From positions 803 through 64,802 of IMG/VR virus record IMGVR_UViG_3300008262_000042: a stretch of 64,000 bases of DNA. One strand, written 5' to 3'. The DNA comes from a virus. Its lineage: Duplodnaviria; Heunggongvirae; Uroviricota; Caudoviricetes. Below, in pieces: positions 28,154 through 36,785 of the stretch; position 1 is the stretch's first letter, and each line of letters opens with the position of its first letter. The translations under genes were made by a program, and so were the position numbers. Under the pieces are notes generated by a model, which saw only the letters and a program-made list of their open reading frames with translations, did not search any database and was not told the DNA's origin.

Positions 28154-29467
28154 TTATTCTACTTTTGTAAGTTTTGGTAATTCTATTTTTTTCAATTTAG
28201 GTAACTGTAATTGAACAGGTTTTGGAAAAGTCGATAAATACTCTGAAAGTTTATCTTTCATTTTTTCCATTGAAAAGTTTGTCTTTGCATAATAGGCTTG
28301 TCTATTTGCTAAATCAGACTTATACTTATCATAGTTGTTATAAACTTGTTCTAAGGCCGTTTGTGCAGCTTTGGTATTAACTTTAAACCATTGCGATTCT
28401 GGAATTAACATATTTTCTGCGACTGCTGATCTATGGATATTTTGTAATTCCCCTGGTAACATTACGCAAAACTCTTCATTTAAGAAATCTATATGTCCTG
28501 ACCAATTTGATGCTATGATAGGTTTTTTACATACTGAGAATTCTAATAGAGGTCGGCCATAACCTTCACCATGACCAAAGTATATCATTGATTTTACTTT
28601 TGGGTGGTTATATAGATTGTTAATCTCTTCTTCAGATATTTCACCATGTAATAGATAGATATTTGGTAAATCTTTAGAGTTGACAGTATTTCTTATTTTA
28701 TCTATCATTTCTAAGAGGTCCTCTCTGTCTATGATGCTATTAGCTACTTTTGTAGTTTTTAATATTAAAGCAGGCTTATTTTTTTTATTTTTAAAAGTCT
28801 CTAAAAATATTTTTATAGTTCCAGATACATTCTTTCTATCTTCTCCAAAATCTCCTTGCAACCAATGACCAACAAATAAATAACAAAAATCTTCTTTAAC
28901 TTGACTTATTGTTTTAACTAATTTGGTATTTGTTAATTCTTTTTCTGGTATATGGAAATACTTATTAAGATCTACACCTTCAAAAAGAACTTCTATAGGT
29001 TTTTCAAGTTTAATCTCTCTTCTAACATTACCGTGATTATCTTTTTCTTGGAATTGAGAACTATTAAATACATTCTTTGCATGCTCTGAAGATACTAAAG
29101 TTAAATTCATTCTATTAACTCCGTCTATCCAAGTTGAATGTGCTATAGTAGTCTCAATACCCGCAGTTACACCAACATTCATTAACTTTCCAATTGGTTG
29201 GAATTCATTAGGTACTGTGATTTGAAACCAATAATCTGGTTGTACTGTTAGTTGATTATTTGGTAAAATAAGATCTTTTAAAAATCCCCATTCTTTTGCA
29301 TGATTTTCTATATATCCCCAACTTGTAGCTCCCCATCTTTGAGAAAGTATTTTTACATCCCAATCATCTTTTTTAAGTTCATATAGAGCCTTTACAAAAT
29401 CTCTAGCTCTTGATCCATATCCACTATTGGTATCGATAGGACAACTAATTACGCATAACGGTTTCAT
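28154..29467 (-). CDS. glycosyltransferase, GT4/GT-B-like (437 aa)
   Basis: C-terminal EGYGRPLLEFSVCKKPIIAS matches the GT4 E-x7-E donor-binding motif. Confidence 0.55.
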   Translation of the reverse strand: MKPLCVISCPIDTNSGYGSRARDFVKALYELKKDDWDVKILSQRWGATSWGYIENHAKEWGFLKDLILPNNQLTVQPDYWFQITVPNEFQPIGKLMNVGVTAGIETTIAHSTWIDGVNRMNLTLVSSEHAKNVFNSSQFQEKDNHGNVRREIKLEKPIEVLFEGVDLNKYFHIPEKELTNTKLVKTISQVKEDFCYLFVGHWLQGDFGEDRKNVSGTIKIFLETFKNKKNKPALILKTTKVANSIIDREDLLEMIDKIRNTVNSKDLPNIYLLHGEISEEEINNLYNHPKVKSMIYFGHGEGYGRPLLEFSVCKKPIIASNWSGHIDFLNEEFCVMLPGELQNIHRSAVAENMLIPESQWFKVNTKAAQTALEQVYNNYDKYKSDLANRQAYYAKTNFSMEKMKDKLSEYLSTFPKPVQLQLPKLKKIELPKLTKVE

Positions 29468-29468
29468 A

Positions 29469-30920
29469 TTAATATACTAATTTGTGTGTTATTTTTTTTC
29501 TTGGTAATTTTTCTATTTTTATGAATTCGAAGTCCTCTTTTGGCTTCCATTCACTAAAAGTTTTTTCTATAGATGATATGACATTTTTACTCATATTTGT
29601 ACTACTCATCATAGACTCATCTGATGTTGCCCAGTCTCTTCCTTTCATGCCTCTATGTATTCTATCTTCTGGAGTTAGGTTATATACATTCTCTATAGCA
29701 TTAGCCACATCTCTAAAATCGCATCTATCATCGAATATGTATGGCGTAGGTATAGAACCAACTATTGACATATTAGTAGGAAATACTGGCATTGCCCATA
29801 CTCCATGTTGTCTATATTTACCAAAATGATTAGAAGGGAAATCTTTTGTAAAATCTACCCAATTTCCTTTTTCATCTTCAAATCTAAGTTGATCTTGCAT
29901 ACCGCCTGTAACATTAGCAATGATCATAGTGCCAGCCATCATAGATTCTGTTAATGATAATCCCCAACCTTCATTAGATGATATTAACGCAGTAACGTCT
30001 GCGATATTATACATGTAATTTAATATATTAGTAGGTACCGCGCCTTGTTCAAATTTTACTTTTTGATATTCAGGATCACATAATAATTCAACTACTGCAT
30101 TAAGATTAGTTCCATTCTCATCCATAGCTTGCGTATGCAATAATAATGTACACTTCTTAGCTTTCTCTTTTCCTATGCTATCACAGAATAGTGCATATGC
30201 TGCGATAAGATCAGAAGTACACTTTCTACGAATATTTCTAGCATTATAGAAAACTACAAACTCTGGTTGATCTTCACCGAATAAGTTCTTTTTATATGAT
30301 TGTAAACCTTCATACTCCTCTTTCATAAATTCATTTATGGGGTAGAATAGTCTATCATTGATACCATGAGGAACGTAAGTAATAACTTTGTCTTTTGCTT
30401 TTTCTCCTAAAACTAATTCGTGGATATTTTTAGTTTGTTTAGATATTGACATTAATAAGTCACATGATTCATAATATGGCTTATTATATAAAGGAGCAGG
30501 ATAGTCATCCCAGATTGATAAGTATAGTATAGGTATTTTTTTTCTAATTTCATTTTCCATTTGAAATAACCACACCCAATATCTAGGATCAGTAAATAAC
30601 ATGATCGCATCGGGTTTTTCAATTTCTAGTATCTGTCTAACAATCTCTGGTGTTCCATATCCATTGCATGGATAAAGCGTCACAGAAGAGTCTGGGATAT
30701 TCATGGTCTTATTCGTATCTTCTGATAGATCAAACCTTTTGCCGTAATCTGGATGATTGATAGCAGCTCCTAAATTAACCCAATTGAATCTGTGAGAAGT
30801 GCCTATAACTATTTCTCTTGACATTGTAGCGATACCACTTGTCATTCGAAGATCGTCACTCATTAGTAAGATCTTCTTTCTTTTTGATTTTTCAATATAA
30901 CCTTCTGGTAAACTTTGCAT
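29469..30920 (-). CDS. glycosyltransferase, GT4/GT-B-like (483 aa)
   Basis: NEGWGLSLTESMMAGTMIIA matches the GT4 E-x7-E motif. Confidence 0.55.
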   Translation of the reverse strand: MQSLPEGYIEKSKRKKILLMSDDLRMTSGIATMSREIVIGTSHRFNWVNLGAAINHPDYGKRFDLSEDTNKTMNIPDSSVTLYPCNGYGTPEIVRQILEIEKPDAIMLFTDPRYWVWLFQMENEIRKKIPILYLSIWDDYPAPLYNKPYYESCDLLMSISKQTKNIHELVLGEKAKDKVITYVPHGINDRLFYPINEFMKEEYEGLQSYKKNLFGEDQPEFVVFYNARNIRRKCTSDLIAAYALFCDSIGKEKAKKCTLLLHTQAMDENGTNLNAVVELLCDPEYQKVKFEQGAVPTNILNYMYNIADVTALISSNEGWGLSLTESMMAGTMIIANVTGGMQDQLRFEDEKGNWVDFTKDFPSNHFGKYRQHGVWAMPVFPTNMSIVGSIPTPYIFDDRCDFRDVANAIENVYNLTPEDRIHRGMKGRDWATSDESMMSSTNMSKNVISSIEKTFSEWKPKEDFEFIKIEKLPRKKITHKLVY

Positions 30921-30926
30921 ATACTT

Positions 30927-31142
30927 TTATTTTCCGATTGCGTTTAGGATCTCACTTCCTGTATAGTGAGTATTATATGTTTGATGTATTTTGTATCTAT
31001 AATCTGCATCTGTCATATATAAGAACATTGATCTATGAACTAAATCTTGAAAATTAATTGATGTTCTTATACTCATAATTTTAAAGTCTTGATATATTTT
31101 ATCAGGCATCTTTACTGTTGTGGTAGAAAATTTTTTTTCCAT
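30927..31142 (-). CDS. hypothetical protein (71 aa)
   Basis: Minus-strand ORF. Confidence 0.3.
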   Translation of the reverse strand: MEKKFSTTTVKMPDKIYQDFKIMSIRTSINFQDLVHRSMFLYMTDADYRYKIHQTYNTHYTGSEILNAIGK

Positions 31143-31181
31143 ATCTTTTATTATAAATATACATAAATATGGAAATACACA

Positions 31182-32087
31182 TTATTTATTTTTATCACAA
31201 AGATCTGGACTTGCATTATATGGACAATACTTGCAAGACGAAGTATTTTTTTCGTATACTCTTTCTGTATTATACTTAGCTTCTGGAGTAAAACACTCTT
31301 TTATAAAGTTCTCAAAACCTTCATAAGCCTCTTTAACCTTTTTCTTTTTATTAGCAGGAACATACTCTTGAATTCTTGAGATTGGGAATTCAGAATTTTC
31401 ATAGATCTTTCTTTTAACAATAAAGAATTTAACATCTATTTTATCTTCAGGTATATTTAATGCTTTTGAATAGAAGTGTTTATATAATAGAATTTGTGTT
31501 AATTTAACTTTGTCCTTTTTTTCTTTTTCTCCCCAACCGCGTGTTGATGTTTTTATATCATATATTGTGTATGTATCAGTATTTTTATGATATAAGATAA
31601 AATCTATATAACCTTGTATTAATACATTAGGACTGTAATCAGTTACTTGTTGTAGTACTGGGATTTCTATACCAACTAATTCTGTATCTTTCTTTGAAAA
31701 ATATTTAGATCTATTCTTTTTAAACCACTCTATAGAGGCTATTCCATCTAATGTAAATTCTTTAAGTTCTTCTCTAGTTGTGTAATGCTCATTATTATTA
31801 CTTTCTAAATCTTTTTTGTAGTTATCTACCATTCGATTCTCAAGATATTCAGATAGATTTATTTTATCAGCCGCAACTATTGATTCATTATACATTACAC
31901 TTAAATAATGTTGTAAAGTTTCGTGTAAAGAAGTACCGTATAAAAGGTGTATTCCTGGTTTGAATACCTTTTTCTTCTTTACATACGCTAAGTACCATGA
32001 GTGAGGACAGCTACTATACATAGAAAATTGACTGTAAGATACACTCTTTTGATATGCGTAATTAATTTCTATTTTACTTTTTTCCAC
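31182..32087 (-). CDS. Cas4/RecB-family PD-(D/E)xK nuclease with Fe-S cysteine motif
   Basis: N-terminal Cys (SSCPHSW); PD-(D/E)xK motifs GYIDFILY and YDIKTS; C-terminal CKYCPYNASPDLC (CxxCx8C) as in Cas4/AddB nuclease domains. Confidence 0.6.
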   Translation of the reverse strand: MEKSKIEINYAYQKSVSYSQFSMYSSCPHSWYLAYVKKKKVFKPGIHLLYGTSLHETLQHYLSVMYNESIVAADKINLSEYLENRMVDNYKKDLESNNNEHYTTREELKEFTLDGIASIEWFKKNRSKYFSKKDTELVGIEIPVLQQVTDYSPNVLIQGYIDFILYHKNTDTYTIYDIKTSTRGWGEKEKKDKVKLTQILLYKHFYSKALNIPEDKIDVKFFIVKRKIYENSEFPISRIQEYVPANKKKKVKEAYEGFENFIKECFTPEAKYNTERVYEKNTSSCKYCPYNASPDLCDKNK

Positions 32088-32334
32088 GAACTATTTGTTG
32101 TATTTTTTTAAGATATAATATGTGATCCATACTTTCTTGAATAGCATGCTCTAACCATTCATCAAGAGATAAGTCTTCCCTATCCATATTAGTTCCATAC
32201 TTCTGTTTGCCAAATGACGCTCTATCAACAAAAGAATCAATTACTGAATCTACTACTGAATCTGTTTTTAGTATAGTCCTACTATTCTCGCTTGAGAAAG
32301 TTATTGATCTAGTTTCTTTTCTAAAATCTCCCAT
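32074..32334 (-). CDS. hypothetical protein (86 aa)
   Basis: Minus-strand ORF. Confidence 0.3.
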   Translation of the reverse strand: MGDFRKETRSITFSSENSRTILKTDSVVDSVIDSFVDRASFGKQKYGTNMDREDLSLDEWLEHAIQESMDHILYLKKIQQIVRGKK

Positions 32335-32336
32335 AA

Positions 32337-32561
32337 TTAGTCTTGTTTTTTTAATTCTTGAGGTAACATATCCTCGTTGATGTGTTTACACTTTGCACAT
32401 GCAAATACTGGAATTGGTATTAAAGCATCTTGTGGAGTACCAGTAATGAACTTAGATGCTTTTCTAATCATTAGTACTTCTGTAAATACAGAGCATCCAC
32501 ATTTTTCACAAATTACTCCAGTTGTTTTATCGAATGAGATATTTAGTTTTGGTTGTTGCAT
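32337..32561 (-). CDS. zinc-ribbon protein (74 aa)
   Basis: CEKCGC...CAKCKH Cys pairs. Confidence 0.35.
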   Translation of the reverse strand: MQQPKLNISFDKTTGVICEKCGCSVFTEVLMIRKASKFITGTPQDALIPIPVFACAKCKHINEDMLPQELKKQD

Positions 32562-32574
32562 TTTATTTATTTTA

Positions 32575-32823
32575 TTATTGTTGTTCTATGTGTTCAGAAA
32601 AAAAGTAATCACTTTCTGGGAAATCAAATATATGAAATCTATCTGTTAATTCAAATCTACTTGAATCAAAACAATTACAAGGTGCAGGAGGATCCACTTC
32701 CATTAATAGATAATTTCCGCTATTTGTTACACCATAAATAGTGTATTCTTTACCATTTTCGAGTAGACCAATTGCACCTCTAATACACTTAACTATTTGT
32801 CCTATTTTAATGATATTATCCAT
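32575..32823 (-). CDS. hypothetical protein (82 aa)
   Basis: Minus-strand ORF. Confidence 0.3.
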   Translation of the reverse strand: MDNIIKIGQIVKCIRGAIGLLENGKEYTIYGVTNSGNYLLMEVDPPAPCNCFDSSRFELTDRFHIFDFPESDYFFSEHIEQQ

Positions 32824-33268
32824 TATTTAATTTTTTAATATGGTTATATAAATCTACTAAATTTCCATCGAATTCATTCATTATAGTTTCTAGTGCTGTT
32901 ACATTTATTTTAAAAATCTTACAGAACTCGCTTTTTAATTTTTTTAGAGTGGTTGTTTCCTCTTTTTCAAAATCTTCTATAAGCTTTCTTCGTCTTTCCA
33001 TAAATAGACATCGAACTTCGTGTTCTTGATCAGCATTTTTACAGAGTTTTAATTTATCTTGCATTAAGTAATATTCATACTCGGCTTGATAATAGTAGTC
33101 TGATACATCAAAATCACCGCGGGCAATTCTTTCATATAATGGGTACTTATTACTTAGCACTTCTCTAGACTTATATCTTCTATGCCAATAGTATTGGTTA
33201 TATGAAACAGGTGTAAGCTTTGATAACTGCTCTTCTAAAAACTCTCTCGATAGTTTTGGTAAACTCAT
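32816..33268 (-). CDS. hypothetical protein (150 aa)
   Basis: Minus-strand ORF. Confidence 0.35.
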   Translation of the reverse strand: MSLPKLSREFLEEQLSKLTPVSYNQYYWHRRYKSREVLSNKYPLYERIARGDFDVSDYYYQAEYEYYLMQDKLKLCKNADQEHEVRCLFMERRRKLIEDFEKEETTTLKKLKSEFCKIFKINVTALETIMNEFDGNLVDLYNHIKKLNNG

Positions 33269-33933
33269 TTATCATTCCATTTGATGCCTTTATTAAAATG
33301 TCTTTCGTATATATGTAAATTAGTTATTAACCAATTCATATCTCCTACTTCATAACCAGTCTTTTCTGATACTAATTCCATAAGCTTTGAAAACGTATAG
33401 AAGTCATTACAAAATCCAAACCAAAGATCTATACTTCTAGCAAATACGCTTAATTCTAATTTATTATCTTTAACATAGAAATTAAGAACCATATTACATG
33501 GCGTATCATATTGGTATCTATCTAGTTCATCTAAATCATAATGGACAACTACTGCGCGTCTAGTATTTGGATCTTTTTTAAGAAGATCTATAACACGCTC
33601 TAGTTGATTATTTTTATTCCAAAAATATCCATAATTACTATTTACTTCTGTAGTACCATCTACCATCATATTTTTCCATATCTTTGCACGTTCAGCTATT
33701 TCGCTAGCATCTCTATCACCTTTAAGATACCATTCCCACTCATAATCTGCATACTCTTGTTTAAAGTTCCTTTTTGGATTTGTTATAACTCGCTCTAATA
33801 CATTCTCAACTCCAAAGCTTATATTAAATAGTGCTTTAGTACCAGCAAAGTTTGGCTTATCATAGCGATCTTCTATATACTCGTAAAAAGCTTGGAAAGC
33901 ATGATTTGCATTTTCAAATAACATATTGTTCAA
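33265..33933 (-). CDS. ThyA-fold pyrimidine hydroxymethylase, T4 gp42-like deoxycytidylate hydroxymethylase
   Basis: 222 aa, shorter than thymidylate synthase. Blocks EWEWY, KIWKNMMVDGTTEVNSNYGYFW, DPNTRRAVVVHY, TPCNMVLNFY (nucleophile Cys), ARSIDLWFGFCND and NLHIYERHF are collinear with T4 gp42 as recalled. Asp sits at the position that is Asn in thymidylate synthases. Confidence 0.65.
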   Translation of the reverse strand: MNNMLFENANHAFQAFYEYIEDRYDKPNFAGTKALFNISFGVENVLERVITNPKRNFKQEYADYEWEWYLKGDRDASEIAERAKIWKNMMVDGTTEVNSNYGYFWNKNNQLERVIDLLKKDPNTRRAVVVHYDLDELDRYQYDTPCNMVLNFYVKDNKLELSVFARSIDLWFGFCNDFYTFSKLMELVSEKTGYEVGDMNWLITNLHIYERHFNKGIKWNDK

Positions 33934-34399
33934 TTTTTATGAATTTTTTTAATAAATCTATTCCTGATGTATCTCTATATTGATCTAAATATACAACTCT
34001 TTTTATTCCTGATTGTAATATATATTTCGAGCATTCAATGCATGGAGATAATGTTACATATAATGTTGAATTTTGCACAGCATTTCCTGTCTTTGCAGCT
34101 TTTATCACCGCATTCATTTCAGCATGGAGTACTATACTTTTAGTAATTGTGCTCATTCCAGTTTCATGTAACTCTTCGCAACAATTATCCATTCCAGATG
34201 GAGTACCATTGTAACCTATACTAATAACATTACCATCTTTCTCTATCACTGCGCCTACTTTACTTCTTTTACAATGCGATAATGAAGATACTGCAATGGC
34301 CATAGTCATATATACCATGTCAAGTCTTCTTTGTTTAGAAGACTCCTGTACTTCCAAATCCTCCGGAGCCTCTTTCTGTATTTTTTTCTGGTAATTCAT
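33914..34399 (-). CDS. dCMP deaminase
   Basis: Zinc-binding HAEMNAV and PCIECSK (PCxxC) motifs of the cytidine/dCMP deaminase family. The real start is probably at an internal Met (MVYMTMA), which reduces overlap with the dUTPase. Confidence 0.85.
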   Translation of the reverse strand: MNYQKKIQKEAPEDLEVQESSKQRRLDMVYMTMAIAVSSLSHCKRSKVGAVIEKDGNVISIGYNGTPSGMDNCCEELHETGMSTITKSIVLHAEMNAVIKAAKTGNAVQNSTLYVTLSPCIECSKYILQSGIKRVVYLDQYRDTSGIDLLKKFIKIEQYVI

Positions 34400-34772
34400 C
34401 TACTAATTCTATGTTTTCGAAGTTAATTGGAATCAATACGAATTGCATGATTTTTTGTTCTGGTTGGATAGTTTGTGGTTGATTAGATACATTGAACACA
34501 TGTATATGAATCTCTCCAGTATAATCTGGGTCTACAAGCTGAGCACCATATATGAGGCCTTGTTTTGTTGAAACTCCGCTTTTATTCATAGCGACTAGCC
34601 CATATCCATTAGGAACATCAGCTTTGATACCGCTTGGGATCAACACAGACTCACCTGGCTGCAGTGTTTTTGGTTCTTGAATATAATCTTTAGGCAAATA
34701 AAAGTCTATGCCAGCGCTGTCGGGTGTGCCTCTGGAAGGTGTCTTTACTTCTCTGATTTTTTTAATTTTCAT
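34335..34772 (-). CDS. dut: dUTP diphosphatase (trimeric dUTPase)
   Basis: Motifs AGIDF, GLIYGAQLVDPDYTGEI and C-terminal RGSGGFGSTG. Confidence 0.9.
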   Translation of the reverse strand: MKIKKIREVKTPSRGTPDSAGIDFYLPKDYIQEPKTLQPGESVLIPSGIKADVPNGYGLVAMNKSGVSTKQGLIYGAQLVDPDYTGEIHIHVFNVSNQPQTIQPEQKIMQFVLIPINFENIELVDELPEKNTERGSGGFGSTGVF

Positions 34773-35047
34773 TGTTTATTTGTTTTTCTTTTTTTGTCCT
34801 TTTTTATTTTCCATTCAACTGTTAAATATGTGCCAAGAAATGCACCGATTATCGCAGCTATTATGTAAGATTGATTCTCCATATATTTAGTCACTGTAAT
34901 AGCACTAAAAAGGTATATCATAGATCCCCATATACCAGCTTGTATACTTTTTCTTTCTTCTATTTTTATGAAGTAAAGTGTCCAGCAAATATCAGCTATA
35001 GCCATCATAATTATGACCATTATAAAAGTGAGTATGTATGTAATCAT
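34769..35047 (-). CDS. membrane protein (92 aa, 3 TM)
   Basis: Three hydrophobic helices. Confidence 0.4.
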   Translation of the reverse strand: MITYILTFIMVIIMMAIADICWTLYFIKIEERKSIQAGIWGSMIYLFSAITVTKYMENQSYIIAAIIGAFLGTYLTVEWKIKKDKKRKTNKQ

Positions 35048-35050
35048 AAC

Positions 35051-35329
35051 TTATTTCTTTTTATTTTTTAAATAACTATCTAATGATGCCATATATGCAA
35101 CACAATCTAGATAGTTGTCTTCTTTATAATTCCAAGATGCTCTAGATAGTTTTAATGCAATTAATACATTATAAACATCAAACGCTGTAAATTCTTTTCT
35201 TGACATCTCTGAAGCGATTCTGGCAGTTTGTTCCATGCCTTCTTCAAAGGGTCCATACATACGTTCTTTTTCTTCGCCTCGCTCAAAGACGATTTCGTGT
35301 GCTTGTTCTAATATACTTTTTTCTTTCAT
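35051..35329 (-). CDS. hypothetical protein (92 aa)
   Basis: Minus-strand ORF. Confidence 0.35.
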   Translation of the reverse strand: MKEKSILEQAHEIVFERGEEKERMYGPFEEGMEQTARIASEMSRKEFTAFDVYNVLIALKLSRASWNYKEDNYLDCVAYMASLDSYLKNKKK

Positions 35330-35365
35330 AACTATAATATAATAATTTTATTTTTATTAAATAAA

Positions 35366-36253
35366 TCAATAATCGCAGTACTTTTTAAAATCGCTAAAGT
35401 CTCCCCATACCCGATTCGAATCAATATCGCTTGGTTTTAAATTTGGCTTCCTCATCGCTGGCGCTACATTCCAGAAATAATCGCCTTGATTCCCATGTTG
35501 TTTTAATACTTCCCATCCCTTTGCGTCATAAGTTAATACACAATCAAATGGTGGGACAACTCTTGAATTTTTGGTAAAAGCTTTATCGTAACTGTAGAAG
35601 TTAGCACGACCAAGTTCTCCTTCTTGGATATTTCTAGCAACAGCGACTGCGTTGAATTGGGTTTTTGGTAAAGCTATCTGTAAAGTTCTTGATAGTACGC
35701 CTGTAGAAAATACACTCCACAATGTTTCTATATTTGTATCTTTAAAATTATCGTAAAATACTCTAACGCCACCTGCAACAACCATCTCATGCTTAAGTCC
35801 AAATGGAAGATATTTTGCTCCCATTTTTTCAGCGAACTTCTTTGCCCATATATTTGCTGTTGGCATTGCTGGAATTCTTACAAATAACGGTATGCCTCCT
35901 TCCTCTATAGCTGTTAATTGATGTTCTGATGCTTTCTCTGACGCAGGCATTACTAAGTATAGTTTTTTATTATACTTCTTAGCTAGATAGCATAGAGAAT
36001 AAGGCGCATAACCAGTTCTTGGCGCTACATAAACTAGTGCATCCTCTTTTACTTGAGATATAAAGAAATCTGCCATCTTTGTTTTAGTACCATATTGAAA
36101 TTCACCATCATCTATGACATTAAATCCGTCTATTTGCTTTGTTACGAAAGTGTAATCATGATTATAATCTTTGGTGATGTTTAGATAGTACTCGAGATCT
36201 CTACCATTTGATTGGTCTAGACTGTCTTTTGTAGTGCACTTATTTAAGAACAT
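35366..36253 (-). CDS. hypothetical protein; possible PLP-dependent fold-type II (ACC deaminase/D-Cys desulfhydrase-like)
   Basis: Weak resemblance of KQIDGFNVIDDGEFQYGTKTKMADFFI to the KRDD...GGNKxRKLEFL PLP-lysine region; tentative. Confidence 0.25.
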   Translation of the reverse strand: MFLNKCTTKDSLDQSNGRDLEYYLNITKDYNHDYTFVTKQIDGFNVIDDGEFQYGTKTKMADFFISQVKEDALVYVAPRTGYAPYSLCYLAKKYNKKLYLVMPASEKASEHQLTAIEEGGIPLFVRIPAMPTANIWAKKFAEKMGAKYLPFGLKHEMVVAGGVRVFYDNFKDTNIETLWSVFSTGVLSRTLQIALPKTQFNAVAVARNIQEGELGRANFYSYDKAFTKNSRVVPPFDCVLTYDAKGWEVLKQHGNQGDYFWNVAPAMRKPNLKPSDIDSNRVWGDFSDFKKYCDY

Positions 36254-36316
36254 GGGCTATTTTTTTATAAATGTAATAAAAATAATTGAATTTAAGAACT
36301 ATATATCTAGGGTCAT

Positions 36317-36340
36317 AAAAAAAGCACCGAAGGTGCTTTT
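36317..36340 (-). terminator. rho-independent terminator (bidirectional-looking)
   Basis: Stem agcacc/ggtgct with loop gaa, flanked by an A-run and a T-run; on the minus strand it is followed by TTTTTTTAT; 25 nt after the 36363..36719 stop. Confidence 0.6.
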
Positions 36341-36362
36341 ATTAGATTTTATTATATTTTTA

Positions 36363-36719
36363 TCACTTTATATCAAAAAACTTTTTATTGTCAGCTGGCC
36401 AAAGAGTTTTCCTTCCTTCGGCAGATTGGGTTACTCTTACAGAAGCCTTGATAGCTTTAAGCTCATCTGAGTTTTCTTTCTTATAAGCGGCTGCAGCTTC
36501 TTGCGCTTTATCAAAATTTTTCTCTGGCACGGCTACTACAAAATAGCGACTTCCTTGGAACTTCTGTATCTGAGACTCTTGAGGATCGTAGGCTTTCATC
36601 GCATCTACAAATTTTCTAGCTGATGCTTGTACGCTCTTTGTCGATACTTCACTTAACGAATCTGCCTCTTTCAAAAGAGGATTATTTTGTAAGTATTTAT
36701 TATAGTCAAAATGGTTCAT
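36363..36719 (-). CDS. hypothetical protein (118 aa)
   Basis: Minus-strand ORF followed by a strong terminator. Confidence 0.4.
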   Translation of the reverse strand: MNHFDYNKYLQNNPLLKEADSLSEVSTKSVQASARKFVDAMKAYDPQESQIQKFQGSRYFVVAVPEKNFDKAQEAAAAYKKENSDELKAIKASVRVTQSAEGRKTLWPADNKKFFDIK

Positions 36720-36785
36720 TATATTATTGTTTTATATAAATATGCAAAAAAGCTCTTGAAAGAAGATTCTTTATTGTATAAATAA

